Below the pieces are notes generated by a model. That model was given only the letters and a program-made list of their open reading frames with translations. It did not search any database and had not been told where the DNA came from. From the NCBI GenBank assembly GCA_964401385.1, contig CAYNYF010000009.1:461-64460 (forward strand): a stretch of DNA of 64,000 nt. Direction: 5' to 3'. The position numbers and the translations under genes are program-made. This DNA comes from an uncultured Planctomycetaceae bacterium (GTDB lineage Bacteria > Planctomycetota > Phycisphaerae > SM23-33). Shown here one piece after another: positions 18,167-26,890 of the stretch; within the stretch, counting starts at the first letter, position 1; each line of letters starts with the position of its first letter.

Positions 18167-18204
18167 CTATGGGTTACCTATGCCGCCGGCGACGGCGCGG
18201 TCCG
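18167..18204 (-). promoter_or_regulatory. Conserved bipartite motif copy 2, overlapping the 3' end and stop codon of the sigma gene
   Basis: CTATGGGTTACCTATGCCG-N11-GCGGTCCG on plus strand; ends 74 nt before the exonuclease start. Confidence 0.75.
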
Positions 18205-18802
18205 CTCCCTCGGAGCCGAGGCCGGCTTTTTCGAAGGCGTGGCGGATGCGCGCCATGGCATTGCGGATCTGCCGGCGGGAGGTGCCGCGGGCCCGGGCGG
18301 CGCTGGTCATGCCATGCTCGGCGACGTGGGCCAGCAGGTCCCGCTCGTCCTGACTGAGCGCGGCCAGGACGTGCTGGACGTCTTCGCGCAGCTCGAACTG
18401 CTCGATGTCAGACCGGAACTCGGTCTGAAGCCGGCGATGGGCCTCCTCTTCGAGGATGGTCTCGCCCAAGGGGCGGACGTCACCGTTGCACTCGACGTGC
18501 GTGCGCTCCAGGGACGCCGCCTTGTGGGCGTCGCGGCGCTTCTCGCGATCCTGGCGCCGCAGGTAGATCGCCACCCAGGTGTTAATCGCGTTGGTGACGA
18601 AGGCCTCGACGTTGCCGCGCTCGGGGTCGAACAGGTGGGCCTTCTCCAGCAGGTACTGCCTCATCTCCTGTTGCAGGTCCTCCAGATCCGACCGCGACAC
18701 GTCCGTGCGGCGGCACAACTGCTTGGCCTTGATGCGGATGAAGGTGACAGTGAAAGGATCAGAAACGACTGACTGCGGGTTGATGCTTCGGTTGGTGTCC
18801 AC
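18167..18802 (-). CDS. Phage-encoded sigma-70 family (ECF-like) RNA polymerase sigma factor
   Basis: Region 2-like DLEDLQQEM...FDPERGNVEAFV; region 4-like VQHVLAALSQDERDLL...MTSAARARGTSRRQIRNAMARIR; GTG with GGAG. Confidence 0.78.
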   Translation of the reverse strand: MDTNRSINPQSVVSDPFTVTFIRIKAKQLCRRTDVSRSDLEDLQQEMRQYLLEKAHLFDPERGNVEAFVTNAINTWVAIYLRRQDREKRRDAHKAASLERTHVECNGDVRPLGETILEEEAHRRLQTEFRSDIEQFELREDVQHVLAALSQDERDLLAHVAEHGMTSAARARGTSRRQIRNAMARIRHAFEKAGLGSEGADRAVAGGIGNP

Positions 18803-18988
18803 TTGGGATCTCCCGTGGCCGGGAGGCGTGGCGTGGGTGCCAACCGAAGCTGCGACCACATGCGGAGGAGGCGTTGCAGGATTGCCGCTTCTGCGGCACC
18901 CACAACGCCTCCACTTCGTGGCCGGTTAGTTGTCAGGTACTCGATTCGTCTGATTCACATCACATGCGGGGAGCCGACCCCCGGATGC

Positions 18989-19339
18989 TCAGGCCGTCAC
19001 CTCCTCGACGGTCATTCTGAAAGGCAAGCCATGCTTGACCTCGATGCACTGCACGATGCCGTCGCCCATGGCCTCGAGTTGGGCGAACAGATCACGCACC
19101 GACGCCTTCAGGATGAAGTCTTCCTTGGCCGCCTCCGGGCGAGGACCGTTCTCGCCGCCGAACTTGATCTCGCGCACGATGCGCGGGGGCGGGTCGAAGG
19201 CCGGAGTACCGCCCTGGACGACCAAGCCCTCGATGCGCCCGAAGTTGATCCCCTGCAACATCTCCACGAGCCGTCGTCGTGCCGGGGACAAAGCACGTTT
19301 GCTGGGCTCGCCTGCGAATCCGACTGCTGTCTGAACCAT
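18989..19339 (-). CDS. Hypothetical protein
   Basis: ATG with GAGGAG; LSPARRRLVEMLQGINFGRIEGL...IEVKHGLPF. Confidence 0.75.
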   Translation of the reverse strand: MVQTAVGFAGEPSKRALSPARRRLVEMLQGINFGRIEGLVVQGGTPAFDPPPRIVREIKFGGENGPRPEAAKEDFILKASVRDLFAQLEAMGDGIVQCIEVKHGLPFRMTVEEVTA

Positions 19340-19567
19340 GGCGCATCTCCTCGAACCGGATGTCGTTTCGGCGGGACCATTGCCCGCCTCCACCGCCGAG
19401 GATCCGCGCGTTTGAGGACGGACAAATTCGAGGGGGTTTGCCCGAGGGCAGACATTGCCTGCGCACGTGCAAGGCAAGGCCTGCTCAGGAAATGCGCGCC
19501 CAAAAAAAGCCGCCAATTAGCGACTTTTGCTTGCGGCCGGCAGCCGCGACTGATTTGTCCGAGGTCG

Positions 19568-20428
19568 CTACCTCGCCTCTCGTGCCTGGCGTTGCTGAAT
19601 CAGCCTCCGGCAGTTGTCCAGAAACGTCGGGGTGATGCCCTTGTCCCCGCAGTATTCCGCCCTCGTCCTCCCTCCCTTGCCCCGGGCCTGTTCCCATCCC
19701 TCCCACAGCTTGCTGCGGCGAGCGACCTCTTTCGCCGGGAGCTTCTTCCGCCCCGAACGGCCTTTCTTGGCCTTGCGCGGATGCTGAATCAACTGCTCGA
19801 TGTCACACAACCTTGCCAGGCGACCTTTGCCATCGAGGCCAATCGCATCGGAGAGGGCGACGAACCAGGAACGGCGTTTCTCCAGGACGGTCTCCGACTG
19901 CCGGTTCAGTTGATTGGCTGTCGGAGCCAAGACGATGAACGCACCATCATCGAAGGCCGCGATGCGGTCCACGGCCCGGTACAGCTCCGGCGGGCTGCTG
20001 GCCAGCGCCAGGTACACCGCCACGTGATGCCCAGTTGGCCGAATGTGCGTCCCTATGCGGTGCCCAGTGACGGTGCCGTCCACTGGCGCGGTCGTTCCCT
20101 GTAACTGAAACGCAGAACGGATCGCCTTGATCAGAGACCCGACGTTCAATTCATGGACAACGATGTCGGCCTTCGACAGCGTCTCCTCCTCACAGCAATC
20201 GGGACACACGCCGGCGTACCGGTCGGGGGCGTCTTGGATGACATCGTGCCGGATGCCGAACTGACCGCGGATAGGACACGGATACGATGCGGCGAGCTCC
20301 TGCCGAGGCCGGAGGAACTTCTGGAGGAGATGGTTCTCGGCGCCCGCCAGCGCGCGCCACTCCAGCGCCGTCGCCGCCGGTCCACCGACGCCCTCAAGTG
20401 CGGGCCATAGCCACTTCAACCTCTTCAT
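19568..20428 (-). CDS. Hypothetical protein with basic, possibly HTH C-terminus
   Basis: 286 aa ORF overlapping the end of the upstream gene; Cys pairs and a basic tail. Confidence 0.7.
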   Translation of the reverse strand: MKRLKWLWPALEGVGGPAATALEWRALAGAENHLLQKFLRPRQELAASYPCPIRGQFGIRHDVIQDAPDRYAGVCPDCCEEETLSKADIVVHELNVGSLIKAIRSAFQLQGTTAPVDGTVTGHRIGTHIRPTGHHVAVYLALASSPPELYRAVDRIAAFDDGAFIVLAPTANQLNRQSETVLEKRRSWFVALSDAIGLDGKGRLARLCDIEQLIQHPRKAKKGRSGRKKLPAKEVARRSKLWEGWEQARGKGGRTRAEYCGDKGITPTFLDNCRRLIQQRQAREAR

Positions 20429-21590
20429 CGTCGTAGCGCTCCTCCGCGCCCGGTGCGAACCCGCGGAGCTCCAGCCACCTGTCCAACACGCCGCTATCCC
20501 CCTCCTTCTTGAACATGGCTCGATTCGGGGGCCGCAGGGTGGCCTTCCGCGTTGTCTTGATGTGCGTGAACTTCACCTCGAACTTCGCCTGGATGAGCCG
20601 GTCTTTCGCGCCGATCGTCCTGCCACGATCGGCGAAGGCCGCGAAGATGTCGTCGGCCTTGCGGATCTCGATCTCGCCATAAGCCCCGCCCCAGTAATAG
20701 TGCAACTCGACCAGCCTGATCCAGTCGATGCCTTCCACATCGCTGCACACGAGGCAGGCATCGCCGTCCTCCTTGATCGGGTCCAGCGTGTACTTCGCCG
20801 TGTCCGGAAAGAAGCCCTCATCGCCAAACAGATGCAGACCGATCGCCGACCGGTAGAGCTCCCGCTCACCCTTGGAGGCAGCATGCACGCGGATCTCGCC
20901 CATTCGGCAATCGTAGACGACGATGTCGTACTTCTCCGGACGGAAGAAGTGAACCGTGGACTTGTCACCTTCCCGCGCAGGGCTGCGCGTGAAGGGCTCG
21001 CCGTGCCCGATGGTGAACCAGATCTCTTCGCCCCGGGGGTAGGGCGTCACCTTTGAACCACGACCTCGACGGTGCTTGGCGAACCACTTATCCAGGTCTC
21101 TCTGCAGCGCACTCAGCGCCGCGGCAGGGATTCGGCGGAACTTCCGCGTGGGCATCGATTCAGCTTGGTAATACTCGAACGACTTCAGCCGCTCGATCCG
21201 CTGGCGAGCATGCCTGCGCTCCAAGAGCTCGGACTCCTGCAACCAGACCTGGATCGCTACATCCGCCGGCGTCGGGTCCGGGTTCCCATTGATGGTCAGA
21301 CCGGCTTCCTCCGCTTCGCGGAGCAGCTCGTCCATGGTCTCCGGGGTGGCCATATCATCGATAATGAAGAGTCCCTCGGCCAACTCCCGCGGCGTGTCGA
21401 AATCGGGCTCCATGAGCACGTCGCAGAGCCCGTCGTAATCGAAGCTGTCAGGTGTCGCCTGTGCGGGCACCTGGAACCCACGTCCTGCGAGGAACCTATC
21501 GAAGGGTCGAAGGAATGCCAAGAGGTGCTCAAGGCCGATAGACTTGATGATGTCGGGCCTCGAGAACCGTCGCAAGTTGAACGTCGCCAT
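20394..21590 (-). CDS. Hypothetical protein
   Basis: 398 aa, AAGGAG RBS, downstream of a sigma70-like promoter. Confidence 0.8.
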   Translation of the reverse strand: MATFNLRRFSRPDIIKSIGLEHLLAFLRPFDRFLAGRGFQVPAQATPDSFDYDGLCDVLMEPDFDTPRELAEGLFIIDDMATPETMDELLREAEEAGLTINGNPDPTPADVAIQVWLQESELLERRHARQRIERLKSFEYYQAESMPTRKFRRIPAAALSALQRDLDKWFAKHRRGRGSKVTPYPRGEEIWFTIGHGEPFTRSPAREGDKSTVHFFRPEKYDIVVYDCRMGEIRVHAASKGERELYRSAIGLHLFGDEGFFPDTAKYTLDPIKEDGDACLVCSDVEGIDWIRLVELHYYWGGAYGEIEIRKADDIFAAFADRGRTIGAKDRLIQAKFEVKFTHIKTTRKATLRPPNRAMFKKEGDSGVLDRWLELRGFAPGAEERYDDEEVEVAMART

Positions 21591-21661
21591 CGCAGTATCT
21601 CCTTCCGTGGACCGGCGACAGACGGTCCATCACGCAACTTGAACATATCCCAAACACCGCG

Positions 21662-21691
21662 AGTATACTGCACGGCGGCGGCGCGACGCAA
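21662..21691 (-). promoter_or_regulatory. Sigma70-like promoter
   Basis: TTGCGT-N18-TATACT about 70 nt upstream of the 21590 start. Confidence 0.5.
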
Positions 21692-21744
21692 GGGGCACTT
21701 AGCAGAAACGAGCTGCGGTTCTCAAGCACTGCACTAACAAGTCT

Positions 21745-22635
21745 TTATGTGCCGCCGGCATCCTCGCCGAAGCTGATTCCGTGCTCTCGGTAGGCCGCGT
21801 CGTAGAGCGTCAAGAAGCTCTCAACCGCGCGGATCATGCCCTGTAGGGCCAACGCGCCCTTGTCCAGCAACTCCTCCATGCGGAACTGCGGCTCGTCGTA
21901 CTGCACCATGTAGCAGACCCGGCCGTCCTGGGTCTCGCGCTTCATCATCCACGGCACATTTGGAGCCGGGTCGCCCACATCTTGCCAGATCTGCCTCCGT
22001 TGCTGCCGGACTTCGCCGGCTATTATCGGCAGTCCTCTGTGCACCCAGTGGTTCCGGTACTCAGACACTACCGTCCAAGCCGCATCGTTCAGTAGCTCGT
22101 CGAGAATTCCACACGATTGAGGTGGCGACGGCTTCCTGTCCTTCCAGGCACCGCTCGCACCGGCGGCCGTCTTGTAGCCTCGCCCCAGTGGTGCCCGCAC
22201 CTTCTCCTCGAGATGCCACATCGCTGAAGCCAAGTGGTTGGAGGCGGCAGACAGCGCGATGGCCGCGTAGTCAAAGTGAAAGCGCGAATAGTGGACTGCC
22301 CATTGTCGGTTCGGCTTCTCGCGGTGAACGGCCACCCATAGCCAGTCGTGCTTCGCCCACCACAGTGCCTTCGCCGCAGTCTGCAAAGTGTCCGCGAGGT
22401 CATGGAGACATACGGCCGCCAGATGCAGGTGCTCGGCCTCCTCCGGCAAGAGCGGGCCGTGGACCGTCCGGTGCACCAGTCGTTTCCACAGGGGGAGCAC
22501 GGCCGGAAGCCACGCGTCTATCTCATCAACAACCGATTTCGGAAGGCTTGGTTCCCGGGGCTTCACAAGCATCTCTTCTAACATGCCGGACGCGCGACGC
22601 GGCACAGAGTCAGCTACACGGGCCAGGGACCACAT
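21745..22635 (-). CDS. HEPN-domain protein (Cthe_2314-like)
   Basis: Helical protein with YRNHWVH (Rx4H); start uncertain. Confidence 0.6.
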   Translation of the reverse strand: MWSLARVADSVPRRASGMLEEMLVKPREPSLPKSVVDEIDAWLPAVLPLWKRLVHRTVHGPLLPEEAEHLHLAAVCLHDLADTLQTAAKALWWAKHDWLWVAVHREKPNRQWAVHYSRFHFDYAAIALSAASNHLASAMWHLEEKVRAPLGRGYKTAAGASGAWKDRKPSPPQSCGILDELLNDAAWTVVSEYRNHWVHRGLPIIAGEVRQQRRQIWQDVGDPAPNVPWMMKRETQDGRVCYMVQYDEPQFRMEELLDKGALALQGMIRAVESFLTLYDAAYREHGISFGEDAGGT

Positions 22636-22647
22636 CTCGTTCGTTCG

Positions 22648-24492
22648 TCACCCTGTTTCGGTCTCGGCCAAGCCGTTCGCCGACAGGAACGCGTCGACCG
22701 TGTTGAAAGCATTGAGAAACAGCGGCGTGCCCGCGAACGATAGCGGGCTGATTGGGCCAGTGGTCATGAACGAGTACTGCCGACTGCTGACGTCAAAGGA
22801 GGAGTGCGGATCGCGAAACAGTCCATACAAACGTAGGGCTGCATCGTCTCCGCCAACGTGCTGACGGAGGGCCTGGAACTCCTGCCCCATCGAGAGGCCG
22901 AAACCGAAGAACTGGATACGGAGCTGCTGAAGGATCTCGGTGTGAAGTGAGCTGAGTGTTTGACTGATGAAGAGCCACCCGAGGCCATACTTTCTCGTCG
23001 TCCGAACGGCGTCGATAAGCACGCTGCGAACGCCTGCGGCAGCGTCTCCGTTCTCCGGGAGATGCCGTGGTGCAAGGCGATGCGCTTCATCTATGAGCAC
23101 CAGGGTGTTCAGTCCCTTCTCTTCACCTTCCTGAAACCGCCTTTCGGCTGTCAGAGTGATGCCATCTAGCAAACGCTTGATCACAAGCGACTGGATCATG
23201 TCGTTCCACAGGAGCCCTTCGGCCTGCTCACGTGACAGGTCTATGACCAGCACTGGCCGCACGTCATTCGCGGAATCCACATCCAGCAGCCATTCCAGTG
23301 CACGCTCTACCGTCCGTGCACCACTACGCGATCTGTCGAAGAGAGCGGTGACAGGCTGCCAGAAGCGAGCATAGAATTCGTCGGGATCCGCGTCGGACCT
23401 GGCTGACTCGAAGCGGCTACGACTCAATGGTGTGCGGTAGAACACCTGCTGCACCTTCGGGTCGGCAAGGATAGACCAGGCAGCATCGAACGCGGTTCGA
23501 CTGTTCAAGGCATCCAGCCTGACTTTCTTCTTTCGCAGCTCGTCCGCCAGCTTAGCACATGCGTCGCGCCTATTGTCTCCCTTCGGCATGGTGAGTTGCT
23601 GGAAGAAATCACTCTCGAAGAGGATCTCCTGGAACAGTTCCCATCGGTCCAGCACAAGGTTGCGTACCGACAAGGTGACGACCTGCTTGCCGTACTGCTT
23701 GGCAATTGACGCAAGCGGCATTCTCATCTGCCCGCTGCCGCGACCCCGGAAGTCCTTTGCGTACTCGCCTTGTGGATCAAGGATCAGAAGCCCCATTTGC
23801 TTGTAGCGCATATATGCACATAAGGCCATCTTAGCAAGTACGCTTTTTCCGCTGCCCGTCTTGCCAAAGATGCCAAGGTGATATGCCTCTCCTGCGCCAT
23901 CGGGGCCGCTTCCGAACTGCTTGAACCACAAGGGCAACTTCGGAGTGGAGCCGTAAACATGACCCAGATAGAAGATCTGGTCTCTGTACCGATGGAGCAG
24001 CGTCTCCAGGATCTCATCGTTGACGAGGTGAATAGCAGTGCCCGTCGAGGGAACCGTTCCCATTATGCTCGGCTCGTAACTCGATCCATCCCTTTGTCCT
24101 GACGTGGATGACACGATCTCCGCCTGTTTGAAGACGGCACTGATCGTCATCTTGCCGAGATGAGTGTCCTGGCGTTCGCTGACGGCGTCGACACGCCCCC
24201 GTTGGCGAATCAGGGACCGCATCGTCGGATCCTCGTGCCAGACATTGCGCAGTTCGATTTCCGTGATTTGGCCAAGTGCGTAGTGCGGAACCCCGTCCTG
24301 CTGGAAGGCGAACATCGCCAGCTCGCCCACAAGTTTTCGGCCAACGGCGGTCCCGACAACGTCGACAGCAAGCTCGGAGGTCCGCGATGGCGAGCCCAGC
24401 ACGCCGAGGCGTTCCGTATCCGATACCACCTTGTCCAGGTTCCGCGTGCCCGCCTCTGTCGAGTCGCTATTGGCCATGGTATGCTCCTTCAT
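22648..24492 (-). CDS. herA: HerA/DUF87-family ATPase with N-terminal HAS-barrel-like region
   Basis: HLGIFGKTGSGKS, ILDPQGEY, LIDEAH, RKYGLG, ISQ. Confidence 0.88.
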   Translation of the reverse strand: MKEHTMANSDSTEAGTRNLDKVVSDTERLGVLGSPSRTSELAVDVVGTAVGRKLVGELAMFAFQQDGVPHYALGQITEIELRNVWHEDPTMRSLIRQRGRVDAVSERQDTHLGKMTISAVFKQAEIVSSTSGQRDGSSYEPSIMGTVPSTGTAIHLVNDEILETLLHRYRDQIFYLGHVYGSTPKLPLWFKQFGSGPDGAGEAYHLGIFGKTGSGKSVLAKMALCAYMRYKQMGLLILDPQGEYAKDFRGRGSGQMRMPLASIAKQYGKQVVTLSVRNLVLDRWELFQEILFESDFFQQLTMPKGDNRRDACAKLADELRKKKVRLDALNSRTAFDAAWSILADPKVQQVFYRTPLSRSRFESARSDADPDEFYARFWQPVTALFDRSRSGARTVERALEWLLDVDSANDVRPVLVIDLSREQAEGLLWNDMIQSLVIKRLLDGITLTAERRFQEGEEKGLNTLVLIDEAHRLAPRHLPENGDAAAGVRSVLIDAVRTTRKYGLGWLFISQTLSSLHTEILQQLRIQFFGFGLSMGQEFQALRQHVGGDDAALRLYGLFRDPHSSFDVSSRQYSFMTTGPISPLSFAGTPLFLNAFNTVDAFLSANGLAETETG

Positions 24493-25667
24493 CGGCCGCC
24501 TTCGCTACGGTATCCGTGCATTGCGAAGAACACTTCCCCAATGTCGCCCTCGTAGTCGGCGCTGATCCTCTGGGTTGCCACCTGCCGGAAGGCGGGAATG
24601 GCAGCGGCCAAGGACTTGGCCATCCGGTCGGCCATGTACAGGGGGTACGGCTCTAGCATGGACGAGACGACTGACTGTTCCTTCAGCCCTCTCAGCACAG
24701 TTGCGAGCCTGTGGACATTGTCCGCAACAGCTGCTGGCAGTTCCACCCGAAGTGCGGGGAGGAATCCATGGGGACGATAGTACACAACCTTCATCTCTCT
24801 CAGGGCTCCGACGATGTCCACGGCAACTGCCTTGGCAGCGTCAGTGGCAGCGCCACTGGGCATTGGCGTGCGCAGATGAAAGTCGCTGTCAGCCAGTGCT
24901 TGTGGCCGAACATACTCGCCGGGCCGCAAGAGAAGCGTGAGGAGCGACCGGTCATCGTGATGCGATGGCCACCCAGCGGTCTCACCGATCTCTCGTCGCG
25001 TCGAGTACTTGGGAAGGCCAACGAACGCCTTGTCAGACCTCTCGCACTTCAAGATTGCTCGGTAGTGCCGCACGAACTCAAGGGCATTCTGCTGGAACTC
25101 GGCAACACAGGCGACCTGGCCTAGTCCAAGTTCGCGATTGATCTCCTGCGCCTTGGCAAACGCCTGGTTGAAGTAGATCACGGGCAGCGTGAGCGTCATG
25201 TCGAGCAGAACTAGGTCATGCGGTGCAGACGCGGCAAGCTCTAGCTCACGACCGAGCATTACGGCCCGCAAGACGGTCCCCGTACCATCGTGGTGGACTT
25301 CAGCTCGAACGAAGGTCCGGTGGTGCGGTGCTTCCCAATGCCGGGTCTCGCTTGGGGGTGTCAGCCCCTCAACCGCAACGGCCGCCGCGGCAGCGAGGTC
25401 CGCCGCCAGCAGGCGCTCAATTGCGTATGACCCGTCAGCCGCACATGTCGTCGGAATCTGCGGGCTGGGCAGCTCAGACTCGTGTGCGATGAGCCTCGCG
25501 TCCTCAAGCTTCTGACGGAGTGCGGCCTTATCGCGCTTCATGTGGGTGAAATCGTCCAGAAGGTGACTGCCGACCTGAGTGGCTTTGGCCAGCACCTCCT
25601 CAACCAGTCCTGCCGGCAGGTCAGAGAATGGGCGATTGGCGGCATTGGGTTCGTTGGGGCCTGCCAT
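24489..25667 (-). CDS. nurA: NurA-family nuclease
   Basis: AADGS, E...VLLD, GLPK, EPYPLYMADRMAK; TAATG-coupled start at 25667 with GGAGG; ATGA overlap with herA. Confidence 0.82.
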   Translation of the reverse strand: MAGPNEPNAANRPFSDLPAGLVEEVLAKATQVGSHLLDDFTHMKRDKAALRQKLEDARLIAHESELPSPQIPTTCAADGSYAIERLLAADLAAAAAVAVEGLTPPSETRHWEAPHHRTFVRAEVHHDGTGTVLRAVMLGRELELAASAPHDLVLLDMTLTLPVIYFNQAFAKAQEINRELGLGQVACVAEFQQNALEFVRHYRAILKCERSDKAFVGLPKYSTRREIGETAGWPSHHDDRSLLTLLLRPGEYVRPQALADSDFHLRTPMPSGAATDAAKAVAVDIVGALREMKVVYYRPHGFLPALRVELPAAVADNVHRLATVLRGLKEQSVVSSMLEPYPLYMADRMAKSLAAAIPAFRQVATQRISADYEGDIGEVFFAMHGYRSEGGR

Positions 25668-26818
25668 TACCTTGACCTCCGGCTCTTCGGAGGCCATAGC
25701 CGGTATGACCCCCGCTCAAACGAGACGTAGTCCGGGCACCGCTCCGCGCGTTTCAAGAACCATCGTGCCCTGAACGCCTCCCACAGATCGCGTACCGTCC
25801 AATTGAAGAACAGCGGACGCTGGACCTCGTTGCGAAGGAACGGCAATGCGTCGCGCCCCAAAGGTGCGGCGTAGACTTCTCGCTGAATCCCATGATTTGC
25901 CAGATTAGTGGAAAGTCCGATCCTGGGCAGGACCTTTCTGATGACCTCCCTCTTGTTTCGGTAACCATCCCCCCAGGGCTCCCTCTTGGCAGTCGGTTTG
26001 CACCAGCGCTCTGCATAGGCGCGGATGTCACTGTAGACTCCGTTCGAGAAATGGAAGTCACCCCATCCTCCCGTCGCGCCGAGCCGATGCCAATAGGCAA
26101 CTCCGTCGATTCGAATCCGATTGTAGATCGAGGACCGCCCCAGAGCCGATGTTGTCGTCAGCATGGCGAGGTATGGCCGACGCACCTCGCCACTGATTAC
26201 TGTTTCGCGTCCACTGTATCGCGTGCGGAAAGCCTGCCGTACAGGATCAGACAGGGCCAGCATCGCAACGAGCTTTCCGCACATCAGGCGATTGTACGGT
26301 GGTACCGCTCCAAGGGCAAACGCGTCGAGCACATGGTAGAGTCGCTGCTTTTTCGTCTCCGTGTCCCAGCCAACCCAGTCGTCGCGCGAACCCAAGGAGA
26401 ACACTGGGTCTCCGAGGCCGAAGAGGCCGATCACCTTCCCGTTGCTCGCGTCCTCTACGATGAACCGGAGTCTCCGGCCGTACCCGGAGGACACCGGGAT
26501 GCTCCAGTGAAGGCAAATATAGCGGAAGAGAAGCTCCTCCTCGCTTCCGCGTTCGACGGGAATCAGCTTGGGCAGGACCGCAGCAGGATTCACTTCCGTG
26601 CCCGATGCGATACGCTGGAGCAGCCTGTCCTCATATCGGGCAAGGTGTGACCTTGCTTCGGTGCGCTTCTTCTTGCAGGCAAGCTCGTTGACGTGCCGGA
26701 GATCGTCTTTGGTCGGGTTGGCCGGTAGCTCGATTCTCCCGTCGCGCACGACATAGCCTTGCCTTCTGAGGCTTCGAAGTACCTTTCTTCGCAACGCTGT
26801 CTTGGACTTTGCTAGCAT
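25667..26818 (-). CDS. druA: Druantia DruA-like protein (DUF4338)
   Basis: WSIPVSSGYGRRLRF, GLGDPVF, LGAVPPYN...GKLVA, TTTSALGRSSIYNR as recalled for DruA. Confidence 0.85.
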   Translation of the reverse strand: MLAKSKTALRRKVLRSLRRQGYVVRDGRIELPANPTKDDLRHVNELACKKKRTEARSHLARYEDRLLQRIASGTEVNPAAVLPKLIPVERGSEEELLFRYICLHWSIPVSSGYGRRLRFIVEDASNGKVIGLFGLGDPVFSLGSRDDWVGWDTETKKQRLYHVLDAFALGAVPPYNRLMCGKLVAMLALSDPVRQAFRTRYSGRETVISGEVRRPYLAMLTTTSALGRSSIYNRIRIDGVAYWHRLGATGGWGDFHFSNGVYSDIRAYAERWCKPTAKREPWGDGYRNKREVIRKVLPRIGLSTNLANHGIQREVYAAPLGRDALPFLRNEVQRPLFFNWTVRDLWEAFRARWFLKRAERCPDYVSFERGSYRLWPPKSRRSR

Positions 26819-26890
26819 AACATGTATCTGCGCGCCGCTTGGGTTGCCGGCTATCTCATCGGATGCTGGCTCTGTGTCGGTGTCGCACTG

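Noticed and set aside
21745-26818. Complete Druantia system
   Set aside because: Only a DruA-like gene is seen; there is no large DruE helicase and no recognisable DruB-D.
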